The notes: generated from the letters alone by a model not told the origin. Counted from the stretch's first letter, positions 1 through 7,416 are shown. The stretch: 19,869 bases of DNA from Thermodesulfobacteriota bacterium (GCA_039715015.1 JBDLIE010000049.1:1-19869); one strand, 5' to 3'. Numbers and translations are program-made.

Positions 1-2841
1 AAAGTAGGCAAGATATCCTGTGCCTAGTGTCGGTTCGAGGCGAATAAGCAGGCCGGCACCCTGGGTAGCTCCTGAGTAGTAGACGTCCGCCTCAACGAAT
101 TGATCGTCACTGTCAATGGCTCTGTTGTGCAATACCCGAGTGTCGGCCCATTGCTGGCCATGGGCCTTGCCATCTGAGACGGTCATGGCGCCGGAGATTA
201 CCGTGTAACTACTGCTGCTGTCGGTGCTGAAATCGTCGTTGATGCCATAGGTGCTGACCACCTTGTTAATAGTCACAGTTATGGTGCCGACATTGGAATC
301 AGCTGTGCCGTCGTTGGCCTTGAAGGTGAAACTGTCCGTGCCGGAGGTGCCTGCCCTCGGGGTATAGGTGAAGGCTCCGCTGGCGGGATCGCTGATAACT
401 GCGGTGCCTAAGGTGCCGTTGGCGACAATGGCATAGGTCAGCGGATCTCCTTCAATGTCGGCGGCCATGAGGGCAGCGCTTGTTGGGGTGTTTTCGGTGG
501 TTGTCAGGGAGCTATCTTGCGCCACAGGCGGATCGTTCACCGGGGACACGTTCACGGTGACCGTAGCTGTGTCCATGCCGCCGTTGCCGTCACTGATCGT
601 GTAGGAGAAGGTATCTGTGCCATACCAGTTGGCGTTCGGCGTATAGGTGAGGGAAATCGTATTGTTCGTTACGCTGCCGTTAGCTCCCATAGTAGTCGCG
701 TTGATGGTTAGCTTGTCGGCGTCGATATCTCTGTCATTGGCGAGTACAGAGATGATGACAGCGTTGTTTTCGATGGTTGAGACTGTGTCGTTGGCAGCTA
801 AAGGCTGATCGTTTAAGGGGGTGATAGTTATAGTAATAGTGCTGACATTGGAATCAGCTGTGCCGTCGTTGGCCTTGTAGGTGAAGCTGTCAGTGCCAGA
901 AACATCAGGATCCGGTGTGTAGCTATATGTACCGGTCAGCGAATTTGTTATTGTTGCATTTCCCAAAGTGCCATTGGTGACAATGGATGTGGTTAATGGG
1001 TCACCGTCAAGATCTGAGACAACAAAGGTGCCCTTTGCTGTAGAATCTTCTTGAGTTGTAAAACTGGTATTTTGTGCCACCGGGGGGGTGTTTTGTTTTG
1101 GGAAGGGAGGAGGTGAGCCGATACCTGCCTTGAGATTGTCTGCGGTCACATCTGCGTTGTCGCTACCACGATGAATGCGGAAGCCGGCATGGAGGCCATC
1201 CGGGTAGGTGATGTCTGTCTTTTGAATTTTAAGAACGCCATCAACATAAACCTGTATGGTGCTGCCTGTGACCACCATTCTTAAGGTATAGGTCCCATCC
1301 CCATAGGCTCCAGCCACACTGGCAAGCCAGGATTGTGAAGTGCCGGCGAAGCGGTTAAGGTTTATTTTTCCAGCTGAAAAATAGGCTGCATAGCCTGTAT
1401 TATTGGCTGTGTTAACACGGGCAATGAGGCCAGCGCTGCTTGAAAGGCCATTGTAGGTGACATCTGCCTCAACCCAGTGATCACTTGTGCCGAGGGACAG
1501 GTTGTGGTGGGCAAAGGTTATTTGCCAGTCCGAACCATGGGCAGTGCCATTTAGGACAGAGAGTTTGCCGTTAATATTGGTGTACGAAGAACTTGTGTCT
1601 GCTGTGAAGTCGTCCGAGTAAATTACTGTGGAAGTTGGGGTTTCTTCAGAGACTGAAATGATAATTTGTGCTTGACCTGTGTCACCCATGTCATCAGTCA
1701 CATTGAGGGTGGCTGTATAGGTTCCAGCTGTAAGATATTGGTGGGAAACATCGACACCACGAGCGGTGGAACCATCGCCAAAGTCCCAGTCGTAGGTTTT
1801 TATCACCCCATCTGAATCGGTTGAGTCAGCACCAGAAAATGTGGGTGTCAAAGGGGCGGAACCGGTTAATGGACTCGCATTTATAACAGCCAGGGGAGGA
1901 TTGTTAAGAGGGGTAGAGGCAACAACACTGATAACTGTTTGCTCAGAGGCTGAAGCGCCAGCATCGTCACTAACTGTTAATTGCCCTGTAAATGTGCCGA
2001 CTGCAGGGTATGTGTAATTGACAAAAATGCCACGGGCTGAACTGCCATCGCCAAAATCCCAGGAGTAATCAATGATTGTACCGTCTGAATCAGTTGAGTC
2101 AGTCCCGTCAAAAAGAACATCCAGCGGCGCTGGGCCACTATTTGTTGTCGTATATATTAAGGGAGTCGGAGGCTGATTTGGGATAGCTTGCGGGTCGGTA
2201 ACGGTAACGGTGGTCCCTGCTGTTGCGAGTGAGCCTGCGTCATCTGTAACCTCAAGGATGACTATGTATGTGCCTGGTGTGTCGAAGGTGTGGGAATCGT
2301 TTTCATAGCTGGAGCCCCCGCCATCGCCAAAATTCCAGGCAAAGGAAATAATAGTGCCGTCATAGTCAACTGACGTGGTGGCACTTACATCAACAGTAAG
2401 GGGTGCTGGGCCGCTTAATGTTGAAATTTCTATGCTAGCAACAGGTGGGATATTCCCTGAAACATCTTCTGCTGGTACGTCCACAATAAATGGTGGTGAG
2501 GGAAGGCTTTCATTGCCTAGATTATCATAGGCCGTAATGGTAAAAGTGTTTTGTTGGCCGGATATAAGGTATACTTCCAAACTGGTTGCGAGAATAATTG
2601 GATCATTAATGTTGATAATGGGCTGGTTTTCTTGGTAAATCATGTAGCCCATTAAGCCGGGATAAGTTGTGTCGTATGTCCATTCAAACTGTATCTTGGA
2701 AAGAACGGTTGCTGAGAAAGATACTGGTGGGCCTAACCAGAAAATTAGTGAGAACGACAAGAAACAGGAAAGTTTAAATGCAACTCGTAATATCTTTAGA
2801 GGCTTTGATATTGACGGGGTATGTGAAAGAATTTCAGGCAT
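1..2841 (-). CDS. Large secreted multi-repeat surface protein / adhesin (FN3-like, 3x PKD, lectin-like beta-sandwich, 3x Big_9/cadherin-like, second lectin-like domain); partial, 3' end lies beyond the window
   Basis: Manual translation of the minus strand from ATG at 2841 gives an open frame of 947 codons to position 1 with no stop, which is why it is absent from the ORF track. It has an N-terminal hydrophobic signal (..KILRVAFKLSCFLSFSLIFWLGPPVSFSA) and an FN3-like segment ending ..FTITAYDNLGNESLPS. There are three PKD repeats with WNFGDG/WDFGDG/WDFGDG (~1651-2454), three NxxPxA..YTP..GTDxFxY/F repeats (~265-1092), and two DDF..VEADV..AGL..R..GY.AYF domains (1123-1620, 1-243). The start codon is tentative. 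Confidence 0.92.
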   Translation of the reverse strand, partial: MPEILSHTPSISKPLKILRVAFKLSCFLSFSLIFWLGPPVSFSATVLSKIQFEWTYDTTYPGLMGYMIYQENQPIININDPIILATSLEVYLISGQQNTFTITAYDNLGNESLPSPPFIVDVPAEDVSGNIPPVASIEISTLSGPAPLTVDVSATTSVDYDGTIISFAWNFGDGGGSSYENDSHTFDTPGTYIVILEVTDDAGSLATAGTTVTVTDPQAIPNQPPTPLIYTTTNSGPAPLDVLFDGTDSTDSDGTIIDYSWDFGDGSSARGIFVNYTYPAVGTFTGQLTVSDDAGASASEQTVISVVASTPLNNPPLAVINASPLTGSAPLTPTFSGADSTDSDGVIKTYDWDFGDGSTARGVDVSHQYLTAGTYTATLNVTDDMGDTGQAQIIISVSEETPTSTVIYSDDFTADTSSSYTNINGKLSVLNGTAHGSDWQITFAHHNLSLGTSDHWVEADVTYNGLSSSAGLIARVNTANNTGYAAYFSAGKINLNRFAGTSQSWLASVAGAYGDGTYTLRMVVTGSTIQVYVDGVLKIQKTDITYPDGLHAGFRIHRGSDNADVTADNLKAGIGSPPPFPKQNTPPVAQNTSFTTQEDSTAKGTFVVSDLDGDPLTTSIVTNGTLGNATITNSLTGTYSYTPDPDVSGTDSFTYKANDGTADSNVSTITITITPLNDQPLAANDTVSTIENNAVIISVLANDRDIDADKLTINATTMGANGSVTNNTISLTYTPNANWYGTDTFSYTISDGNGGMDTATVTVNVSPVNDPPVAQDSSLTTTENTPTSAALMAADIEGDPLTYAIVANGTLGTAVISDPASGAFTYTPRAGTSGTDSFTFKANDGTADSNVGTITVTINKVVSTYGINDDFSTDSSSSYTVISGAMTVSDGKAHGQQWADTRVLHNRAIDSDDQFVEADVYYSGATQGAGLLIRLEPTLGTGYLAYF
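289..322. repeat. 34-bp exact direct repeat, copy 1 (within Big_9-like repeat 3 of the adhesin)
   Basis: GACATTGGAATCAGCTGTGCCGTCGTTGGCCTTG is identical at 289-322 and 844-877. Similarity extends about 23 bp further with a few mismatches. Confidence 0.9.
844..877. repeat. 34-bp exact direct repeat, copy 2 (within Big_9-like repeat 1 of the adhesin)
   Basis: Identical to 289-322; encodes KANDGTADSNV on the minus strand. Confidence 0.9.
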
Positions 2842-2976
2842 ATTATTTACCCCGCGTATATTCAGTTTGAGTTATTTTGAGTGGCGAAGAAAAAGCTTTT
2901 TACCGTGAAATAGCTGTGCCCCGTGTTTCAACAATCTGTCACTGTTGTAACTTCGCCCTGATTGCCTGGATTATTT

Positions 2977-3825
2977 CTATCCCTGTGGAGGTTTCTCTAC
3001 TTCTGTGAGTTGGATATTTCTCTGAGGGGCAGAGGAGTTGATTCGCTTGTTGAGTGTCCAACTAAGCCACTGGTGTTGTTTATCTGAGAAGTCGTCCTTC
3101 TTTTTCTCAATAAAGGTTTCCAGGGAGATGAGGTTGTTGAAGGAGACTGAGTAAAAACCACTGGCCCTTGCACCTCGGCCTAGCAGGGATAGTTTGCCGT
3201 CTTTTTGGGCGTCAATCATGATGTCATGGTTTTTGTAAATGGTTGAATCGCCAACCGTTGCAATGGTCCCATATTTCTCAAAATAGACATAGCGGGCAGC
3301 AAAGACACTCAAGGTGACAAACAGGATAAAAACACAGGCCATGGCAACCTTTGCGGCCCGGCCATAGCTCTGTTGGTTGAAAATATCCTGTAAGCTAAGA
3401 GGGATTTTGCGGCTTATGCTTTTTGTGATGTCACTATGTCTCGCAAGGTTCGGTTCGACAACCATACCTGTGAAATTTTCAATGCTTGAGATGGCCTCTT
3501 TGTCCAAGGGGTCAACCATGGCCAAAGACAAAACATTGCGCGCCTTTTTTTGAAGAGGCAGAACGCTGTACTTGTGGCAGAGATAGCGCGGCACGATTTT
3601 TTTCACTTCAGGGAAAAATTTTTCGTCTGTATCAATTACGGGGATTTGTAGCTGCTCGGCCAGGGCAGTAATGAGCTGGTCGCCATCGATAAAACCCATT
3701 TTCACCAAGAGATACCCCACCCTTCTATTGCTGCTTACCTGGATTCTGAGGACCTCGGCCATTTCTTCTTCAGAGATCAGATGTTTTTTGACAAGTATTT
3801 CACCAAGATGGAATTTAGCTTTCAT
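2977..3825 (-). CDS. MshEN/T2SSE_N-domain membrane protein without ATPase domain (putative c-di-GMP receptor)
   Basis: Two 24-aa MshEN-type motifs (HLGEILVKKHLISEEEMAEVLRIQ and RVGYLLVKMGFIDGDQLITALAEQ) are separated by 5 aa. They are followed by the GspE/PilB N-terminal subdomain (VLPL..LAMVDPLD), one TM helix (VAMACVFILFVTLSVFAA) and a ~100-aa C-terminal domain. No Walker motifs. A GAGAGG RBS lies upstream. Confidence 0.85.
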   Translation of the reverse strand: MKAKFHLGEILVKKHLISEEEMAEVLRIQVSSNRRVGYLLVKMGFIDGDQLITALAEQLQIPVIDTDEKFFPEVKKIVPRYLCHKYSVLPLQKKARNVLSLAMVDPLDKEAISSIENFTGMVVEPNLARHSDITKSISRKIPLSLQDIFNQQSYGRAAKVAMACVFILFVTLSVFAARYVYFEKYGTIATVGDSTIYKNHDIMIDAQKDGKLSLLGRGARASGFYSVSFNNLISLETFIEKKKDDFSDKQHQWLSWTLNKRINSSAPQRNIQLTEVEKPPQG

Positions 3826-3870
3826 GGTATGGCCTCTCGTTGAGGGTGGGAGAATTTGTTAATACGATTT

Positions 3871-3909
3871 GGTGCACTCCAAATCTCATCTTATGTTATG
3901 GAGTGCACC
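3871..3909. other. Intergenic stem-loop (11-bp perfect inverted repeat) between the PEP-CTERM gene and the MshEN gene
   Basis: GGTGCACTCCA (3871-3881) and TGGAGTGCACC (3899-3909) with a 17-nt loop. There is no U-tract on either strand, so it is not a classical intrinsic terminator. Confidence 0.6.
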
Positions 3910-3958
3910 TTAAGACCCTGGGTAGGCTAGATGCTTTACATTCTGAACGATTGCGTAC

Positions 3959-4669
3959 TTATTTTTTTCTTTTCCTTGTTGCCAAGGCGGCGAGACCAGT
4001 GCCAAAAAGCAGCATAGTGGCAGGCTCCGGAACAGGAGAACTATTGGGGGTACCAGAGGGGAAAGCGGTAGGTCCATCTGAGGGATCCTCGTCTGGGTTG
4101 ATAGGGTCAAAATTGTCGGGGATGACGACTGGGGGTGGAGTTGTTAGGTCCGGAACCAGAGGATTGGGCGGAGGACTGCTCGGATTGGGGATTAAGCCAC
4201 CCAAATCAGCTGCTCGTTGCACCCCTTGGGTATTATATGCACGAATCTCGCCTGCAAAGGATGTGGATGCGTACTGATTGGGATAAGACGCAGGCGAGGG
4301 TCCGTAAGAGGGCTGGTTGTCATTCTCGCTGGCCTCCTCAGGGAGGAGATCCGCAATTATGTCTTCGCTAACATCTGATCCCACGTTATTAAAAGAAAAT
4401 GAACCATGGTCACCACCCATGGTGTTTGGTGTAAGAAGGCCGGCGACAAGGGGTACTGGGGATATATAGGAAGCTTTATCGTGGGGCCCCTCACTGGTTT
4501 TCGTTAGGCCATTAAGTATGAACTCATCTGCATGAGAATACACAGTTTCATCTTTCACGCTGGAGCTGTCGCCTGCACCATTTTTTTGGAAATAGTGAAC
4601 AGCATAGGCGATACTGCTTAATAGAAAAATGGTCAGCAAGGACGAATGAACAATGATTTTCGTTTTCAT
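3959..4669 (-). CDS. PEP-CTERM sorting-domain protein (exosortase substrate)
   Basis: The C-terminus PVPEPATMLLFGTGLAALATRKRKK is a VPEP motif, a TM helix and a basic tail. It has an N-terminal signal peptide (MKTKIIVHSSLLTIFLLSSIAYA) and a Pro/Ser/Thr/Asp-rich linker. GGAG lies upstream of the ATG. Confidence 0.95.
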   Translation of the reverse strand: MKTKIIVHSSLLTIFLLSSIAYAVHYFQKNGAGDSSSVKDETVYSHADEFILNGLTKTSEGPHDKASYISPVPLVAGLLTPNTMGGDHGSFSFNNVGSDVSEDIIADLLPEEASENDNQPSYGPSPASYPNQYASTSFAGEIRAYNTQGVQRAADLGGLIPNPSSPPPNPLVPDLTTPPPVVIPDNFDPINPDEDPSDGPTAFPSGTPNSSPVPEPATMLLFGTGLAALATRKRKK

Positions 4670-4739
4670 AAAGAGGTCTCCAGATGTTTACTGAAAATAA
4701 TCTCTAAAACTGTACGTTAAACTTGTGGACATTAAACTT

Positions 4740-4755
4740 TGCAAAAAAAGTACCA
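4740..4755 (-). promoter_or_regulatory. Sigma-54 (-24/-12) promoter of the PEP-CTERM gene
   Basis: Minus strand reads TGGTAC-TTTTT-TTGCA, exact GG-N10-GC spacing, 70 bp upstream of the ATG. PEP-CTERM genes are known to be preceded by sigma-54 sites. Confidence 0.8.
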
Positions 4756-4785
4756 CGTATTACCTTTAAATGTGGAAGTACGTAA

Positions 4786-4798
4786 TATCGAGCAGTTA
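4786..4798. promoter_or_regulatory. Putative IHF binding site upstream of the sigma-54 promoter
   Basis: TATCGAGCAGTTA has one mismatch to WATCAANNNNTTR and lies about 30 bp upstream of the -24 element, the usual position between enhancer and sigma-54 promoter. Confidence 0.4.
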
Positions 4799-4864
4799 TA
4801 GCTTTCAATTCTCATCAGAAATGGATGTCTAGGGGATTTATGCGGAGAAGAGGGACCGTGAGAA

Positions 4865-4959
4865 GTCCTGTTTTCCGGATTGTTTAAGTCTTCTAATCAT
4901 TACTGTTTGATTTAACAGCCTTTTTGATGGGAGAAGTCTTGTCCTGTTTTCCGGAAAAC
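4865..4959. promoter_or_regulatory. Repeated GTCCTGTTTTCCGGA motif; candidate enhancer-binding-protein sites
   Basis: 15-bp direct repeat at 4865-4879 and 4941-4955. The second copy extends to the perfect palindrome GTTTTCCGGAAAAC (4946-4959). Confidence 0.45.
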
Positions 4960-5003
4960 CAAGAGGGGAAATGTAGAGAAGAATCGATGAGGGGAAACAG
5001 TCA

Positions 5004-6332
5004 TCAGGACATGAAGACTTTTTTAGAAGCACCTTCTTTGTCGATAAAAACATTGCGGGTGTCAACAATCAACTTGGCGTGCTTGAGGATGAAGTCATAG
5101 TCGTAGGCGCTATGGTCTGTTGCAACGATAATGCAGTCGGCAGCGGACAGATTGTCTGCTGTAAGGGGGGTACTGCTTAAGCTATAGTTATGTTTACGTC
5201 CGGGACGAAGCGCTGGGATATGGGGATCATGGTAGCCGACCTCGGCACCCTTGTCCAGCAGCAGGTCAAGAAGCTTATATGTAGGGGACTCCCGATCATC
5301 ATCAACATCCTTTTTATAGGCGGCGCCAAGGATAAGAAGGCAGGAGCCGTTTAGAGATTTGCCATGTTCGTTTAAGGCCTCCATCACCCTTTGAACCACA
5401 AAGTATGGCATGTTGGAGTTAATCTCTCCTGCCAGCTCGATAAAGCGGGTGGGGATGTCGAACTCGCGGGCCTTGGAGGTAAGATAAAAGGGGTCGATGG
5501 GAATGCAGTGCCCTCCCAGGCCAGGTCCGGGGTAAAAAGGCATATAGCCGAAAGGTTTAGTGCTGGCGGCGTCAATCACCTCCCAGACGCTGATATCCAT
5601 ACGAAGGCAGAGCATCTTGAGTTCGTTGACTAGGGCGATGTTGACGCTACGGAAAATATTCTCCAAAAGTTTGGTCATCTCTGCGATCTGGGTCGAAGAT
5701 ACAGGAATCACTTTCTCCAAGGCGATTTGATAAATTTTTTGGGCCAGTTCTGAAGAGTTGGCATCAATACCGCCGACAACCTTGGCTATATTGGCAGTGG
5801 CAAATTTTGGATTGCCGGGGTCTTCCCGTTCTGGAGAAAAGGCAAGGCCAAAGTCAACGCCGGCTTCCAGGCCACTTTTTTCCAGGATAGGTTGCAGTAC
5901 CTCCACAGTGGTGCCGGGGTATGTAGTGCTTTCTAAAATAATGATCTGGCCAGGACGCAGAGCCTTGGATATGGCCTCTGCAGTTGCAGTAATGTACTGA
6001 AGGTCTGGTTCTCTGTTTTTAGTTAACGGTGTCGGAACGCAGATCAACAGGACGTCCGGCATGTTGAGTTTTGTAAAATCAGTGGTGACCGTGAAAGAGG
6101 CATTGTCGACATGCGAAGTCAGCTCGCTCGAGGGGATATGCTTAATATAACTTTCCCCCTTTTCGATACGCTTAATCTTGTTGATGTCCAGGTCAAAACC
6201 GATGACCGCGGTTCCCTTCCGCAGAAAGGTCAGACAGAGGGGGAGGCCAACATAGCCAAGTCCAATGACGCCTATGGTCAAAGAATTATTTTCAATTTTT
6301 TCACGAAGAGCGACAAGGGCAGAAGAGGGCAT
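5004..6332 (-). CDS. wbpA: Nucleotide-sugar dehydrogenase, UDP-N-acetylglucosamine 6-dehydrogenase (WbpA/TviB-like)
   Basis: Rossmann GLGYVG, ESTTYPGTT, FSPEREDPGN, catalytic GGHCIPIDP, and C-terminal AYKKDVDDDRESP and DTRN motifs. ATG at 6332 with AAGG 7 nt upstream is preferred over TTG at 6338. Tandem TGA TGA stop. Confidence 0.9.
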   Translation of the reverse strand: MPSSALVALREKIENNSLTIGVIGLGYVGLPLCLTFLRKGTAVIGFDLDINKIKRIEKGESYIKHIPSSELTSHVDNASFTVTTDFTKLNMPDVLLICVPTPLTKNREPDLQYITATAEAISKALRPGQIIILESTTYPGTTVEVLQPILEKSGLEAGVDFGLAFSPEREDPGNPKFATANIAKVVGGIDANSSELAQKIYQIALEKVIPVSSTQIAEMTKLLENIFRSVNIALVNELKMLCLRMDISVWEVIDAASTKPFGYMPFYPGPGLGGHCIPIDPFYLTSKAREFDIPTRFIELAGEINSNMPYFVVQRVMEALNEHGKSLNGSCLLILGAAYKKDVDDDRESPTYKLLDLLLDKGAEVGYHDPHIPALRPGRKHNYSLSSTPLTADNLSAADCIIVATDHSAYDYDFILKHAKLIVDTRNVFIDKEGASKKVFMS

Positions 6333-6428
6333 GAGCAAACCTTAAAGTGTGAGGGAGGCTTGAAGCTTGCTGGTGTGATTCTGTGGCGTTCCATGGTGAA
6401 TCTTGAACCAAGGTCAGGTTCAATTATT

Positions 6429-6456
6429 ATTGTGCAGGTAGCCCAGAAAATGTCAA
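6429..6456 (-). promoter_or_regulatory. Possible sigma-70 promoter for wbpA
   Basis: Minus strand has a perfect TTGACA (6456-6451), then 16 nt, then CACAAT followed by AT-rich sequence. It overlaps a GTCAA-N9-TTGAC inverted repeat (6452-6470). Confidence 0.4.
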
Positions 6457-6575
6457 TGTGTTTATTTGACGGGCCTGGTTGGCCAGCCTCGCGAAGTGAC
6501 TGAGGATAAGTTGTGAGGTCGCCCGCTGAAGGGGCTGAAGGCAAGGGATGAGGTTTGGGCTGCGGCTAAGTGCTT

Positions 6576-6947
6576 TCAGCTACCGATAAGCTCCTGAACC
6601 GCTTCGATGATTTCATGGCTATGAAAAGGTTTGTTGAAGCAGGTGCTGATGTCGAGAGCTTTTGCGAGATTTAAATATTTGTCGGCAGTGACATAGCCGC
6701 CGCCGGAGATTGCAATGAGTTTGACAGAACTGTCATTCTTTCTAATTTCCATGATGACTTCAATGCCATCCTTTTCCGGCATGACGATGTCAGTGATAAC
6801 CAAGTCTGGGGAAAAGGTATAAAAGAGGTGAAGTCCTTCTTCACCGTTAATAGCTTCTCGGACTTCGTAGCCTGCATTTGTTAGTATGGTTTTTAGGAAG
6901 TTTCTGATGAGATGTTCGTCATCAATGATCAAGATCTTTTTTTTCAT
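6576..6947 (-). CDS. Single-domain (CheY-like) response regulator receiver protein
   Basis: ILIIDDE acidic pocket, phosphoacceptor in VITDIVMP, AISGG switch Ser and NKP Lys; 123 aa with no output domain. Confidence 0.93.
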   Translation of the reverse strand: MKKKILIIDDEHLIRNFLKTILTNAGYEVREAINGEEGLHLFYTFSPDLVITDIVMPEKDGIEVIMEIRKNDSSVKLIAISGGGYVTADKYLNLAKALDISTCFNKPFHSHEIIEAVQELIGS

Positions 6948-6953
6948 GGCGCG

Positions 6954-6981
6954 AGATTAGCAGAATTTCTCTAGAACTCAA
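6954..6981 (-). promoter_or_regulatory. Possible sigma-70 promoter giving a leaderless response-regulator mRNA
   Basis: Minus strand reads TTGAGT-N16-TAATCT with TGn extended -10, ending 6 nt before the ATG. No Shine-Dalgarno sequence. Confidence 0.4.
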
Positions 6982-7101
6982 GTCTAGGGCTGGTTTTGCT
7001 TACTTATCAACTGGGAGCAGCATTTTGTAGATAGGAGTTTAGGAAGGCTCACTTATGTTTCCCATCTGATAATATTTTTTCTGAATCTATTGATTACCAC
7101 A

Positions 7102-7117
7102 TGGCGCAGTTAATGCA
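7102..7117 (+). promoter_or_regulatory. Sigma-54 (-24/-12) promoter upstream of the ExeA-like gene
   Basis: TGGCGC-AGTTA-ATGCA, exact GG-N10-GC spacing, intergenic, with an AT-rich IHF-like GAATCTATTGATT just upstream. Confidence 0.6.
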
Positions 7118-7242
7118 AAGCTTAGAAGATGGCGATTGCCGCACTCTTTGTACCTCAAAAAAGAAGGGGCTGTCTGTCTATTAATTAGGGGGTGGGAGGG
7201 TGGCTGACCTGAAAATACAGGATTTCTTCTTGATTTTAAGGC

Positions 7243-7300
7243 GCCAATTTAATGAAGATGAGAGAGGGTGTGGCAAGACATCCCATCTTCATTAAGTGGT
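7243..7300 (+). other. Long intergenic stem-loop in the presumed 5' leader of the ExeA-like gene
   Basis: TTAATGAAGATG (7249-7260) pairs perfectly with CATCTTCATTAA (7284-7295). Inner stem GGGTGT/ACATCC, an AGAGA bulge and a GGCAAG loop. Confidence 0.6.
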
Positions 7301-7416
7301 ATGGCAAAAAAGGTTCAGAGGTTATGGGTGGCTAAAGTCAGGAGGCACTAATCAACCATAGCACGATTTTGTGCTGAATGATTTTGTTTCTGTCAGGTAT
7401 CTAAGCGGGGGTTATC

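Noticed and set aside
1..2841. About 17 N-X-S/T sequons in the adhesin
   Set aside because: Roughly what is expected by chance in an Asn/Ser/Thr-rich protein.
517..2908. Plus-strand ORFs 517-711 and 2669-2908
   Set aside because: Antisense shadows of the long minus-strand adhesin gene; no recognisable motifs.
2906..2921. Sigma-54-like GGGCAC-AGCTA-TTTCA (minus strand) upstream of the adhesin
   Set aside because: The -12 GC is replaced by TC; too weak to call.
3486..4371. Short ORFs overlapping the MshEN and PEP-CTERM genes (3486-3671, 3671-3862, 3840-4277, 3910-4110, 4135-4371)
   Set aside because: Alternative-frame or antisense overlaps of well-supported genes.
4826..4842. TGTCTAGGGGATTTATG as a possible PEP-CTERM box about 70 bp upstream of the promoter
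   Set aside because: Position is plausible, but it is only a partial TGT..ACA-type match and I cannot verify it against the published consensus.
4838..5068. 76-aa minus-strand ORF
   Set aside because: Overlaps the wbpA 3' end and the regulatory repeats; no RBS or protein-like features.
6111..6544. ORFs 6111-6503 (+) and 6278-6544 (-)
   Set aside because: They overlap the wbpA start and its promoter region and have no recognisable domain.
7128..7416. c-di-GMP-I (GEMM) riboswitch
   Set aside because: The required GGCAAA..GNRA..GACGCAAAG-type core and P1 pairing were not found.
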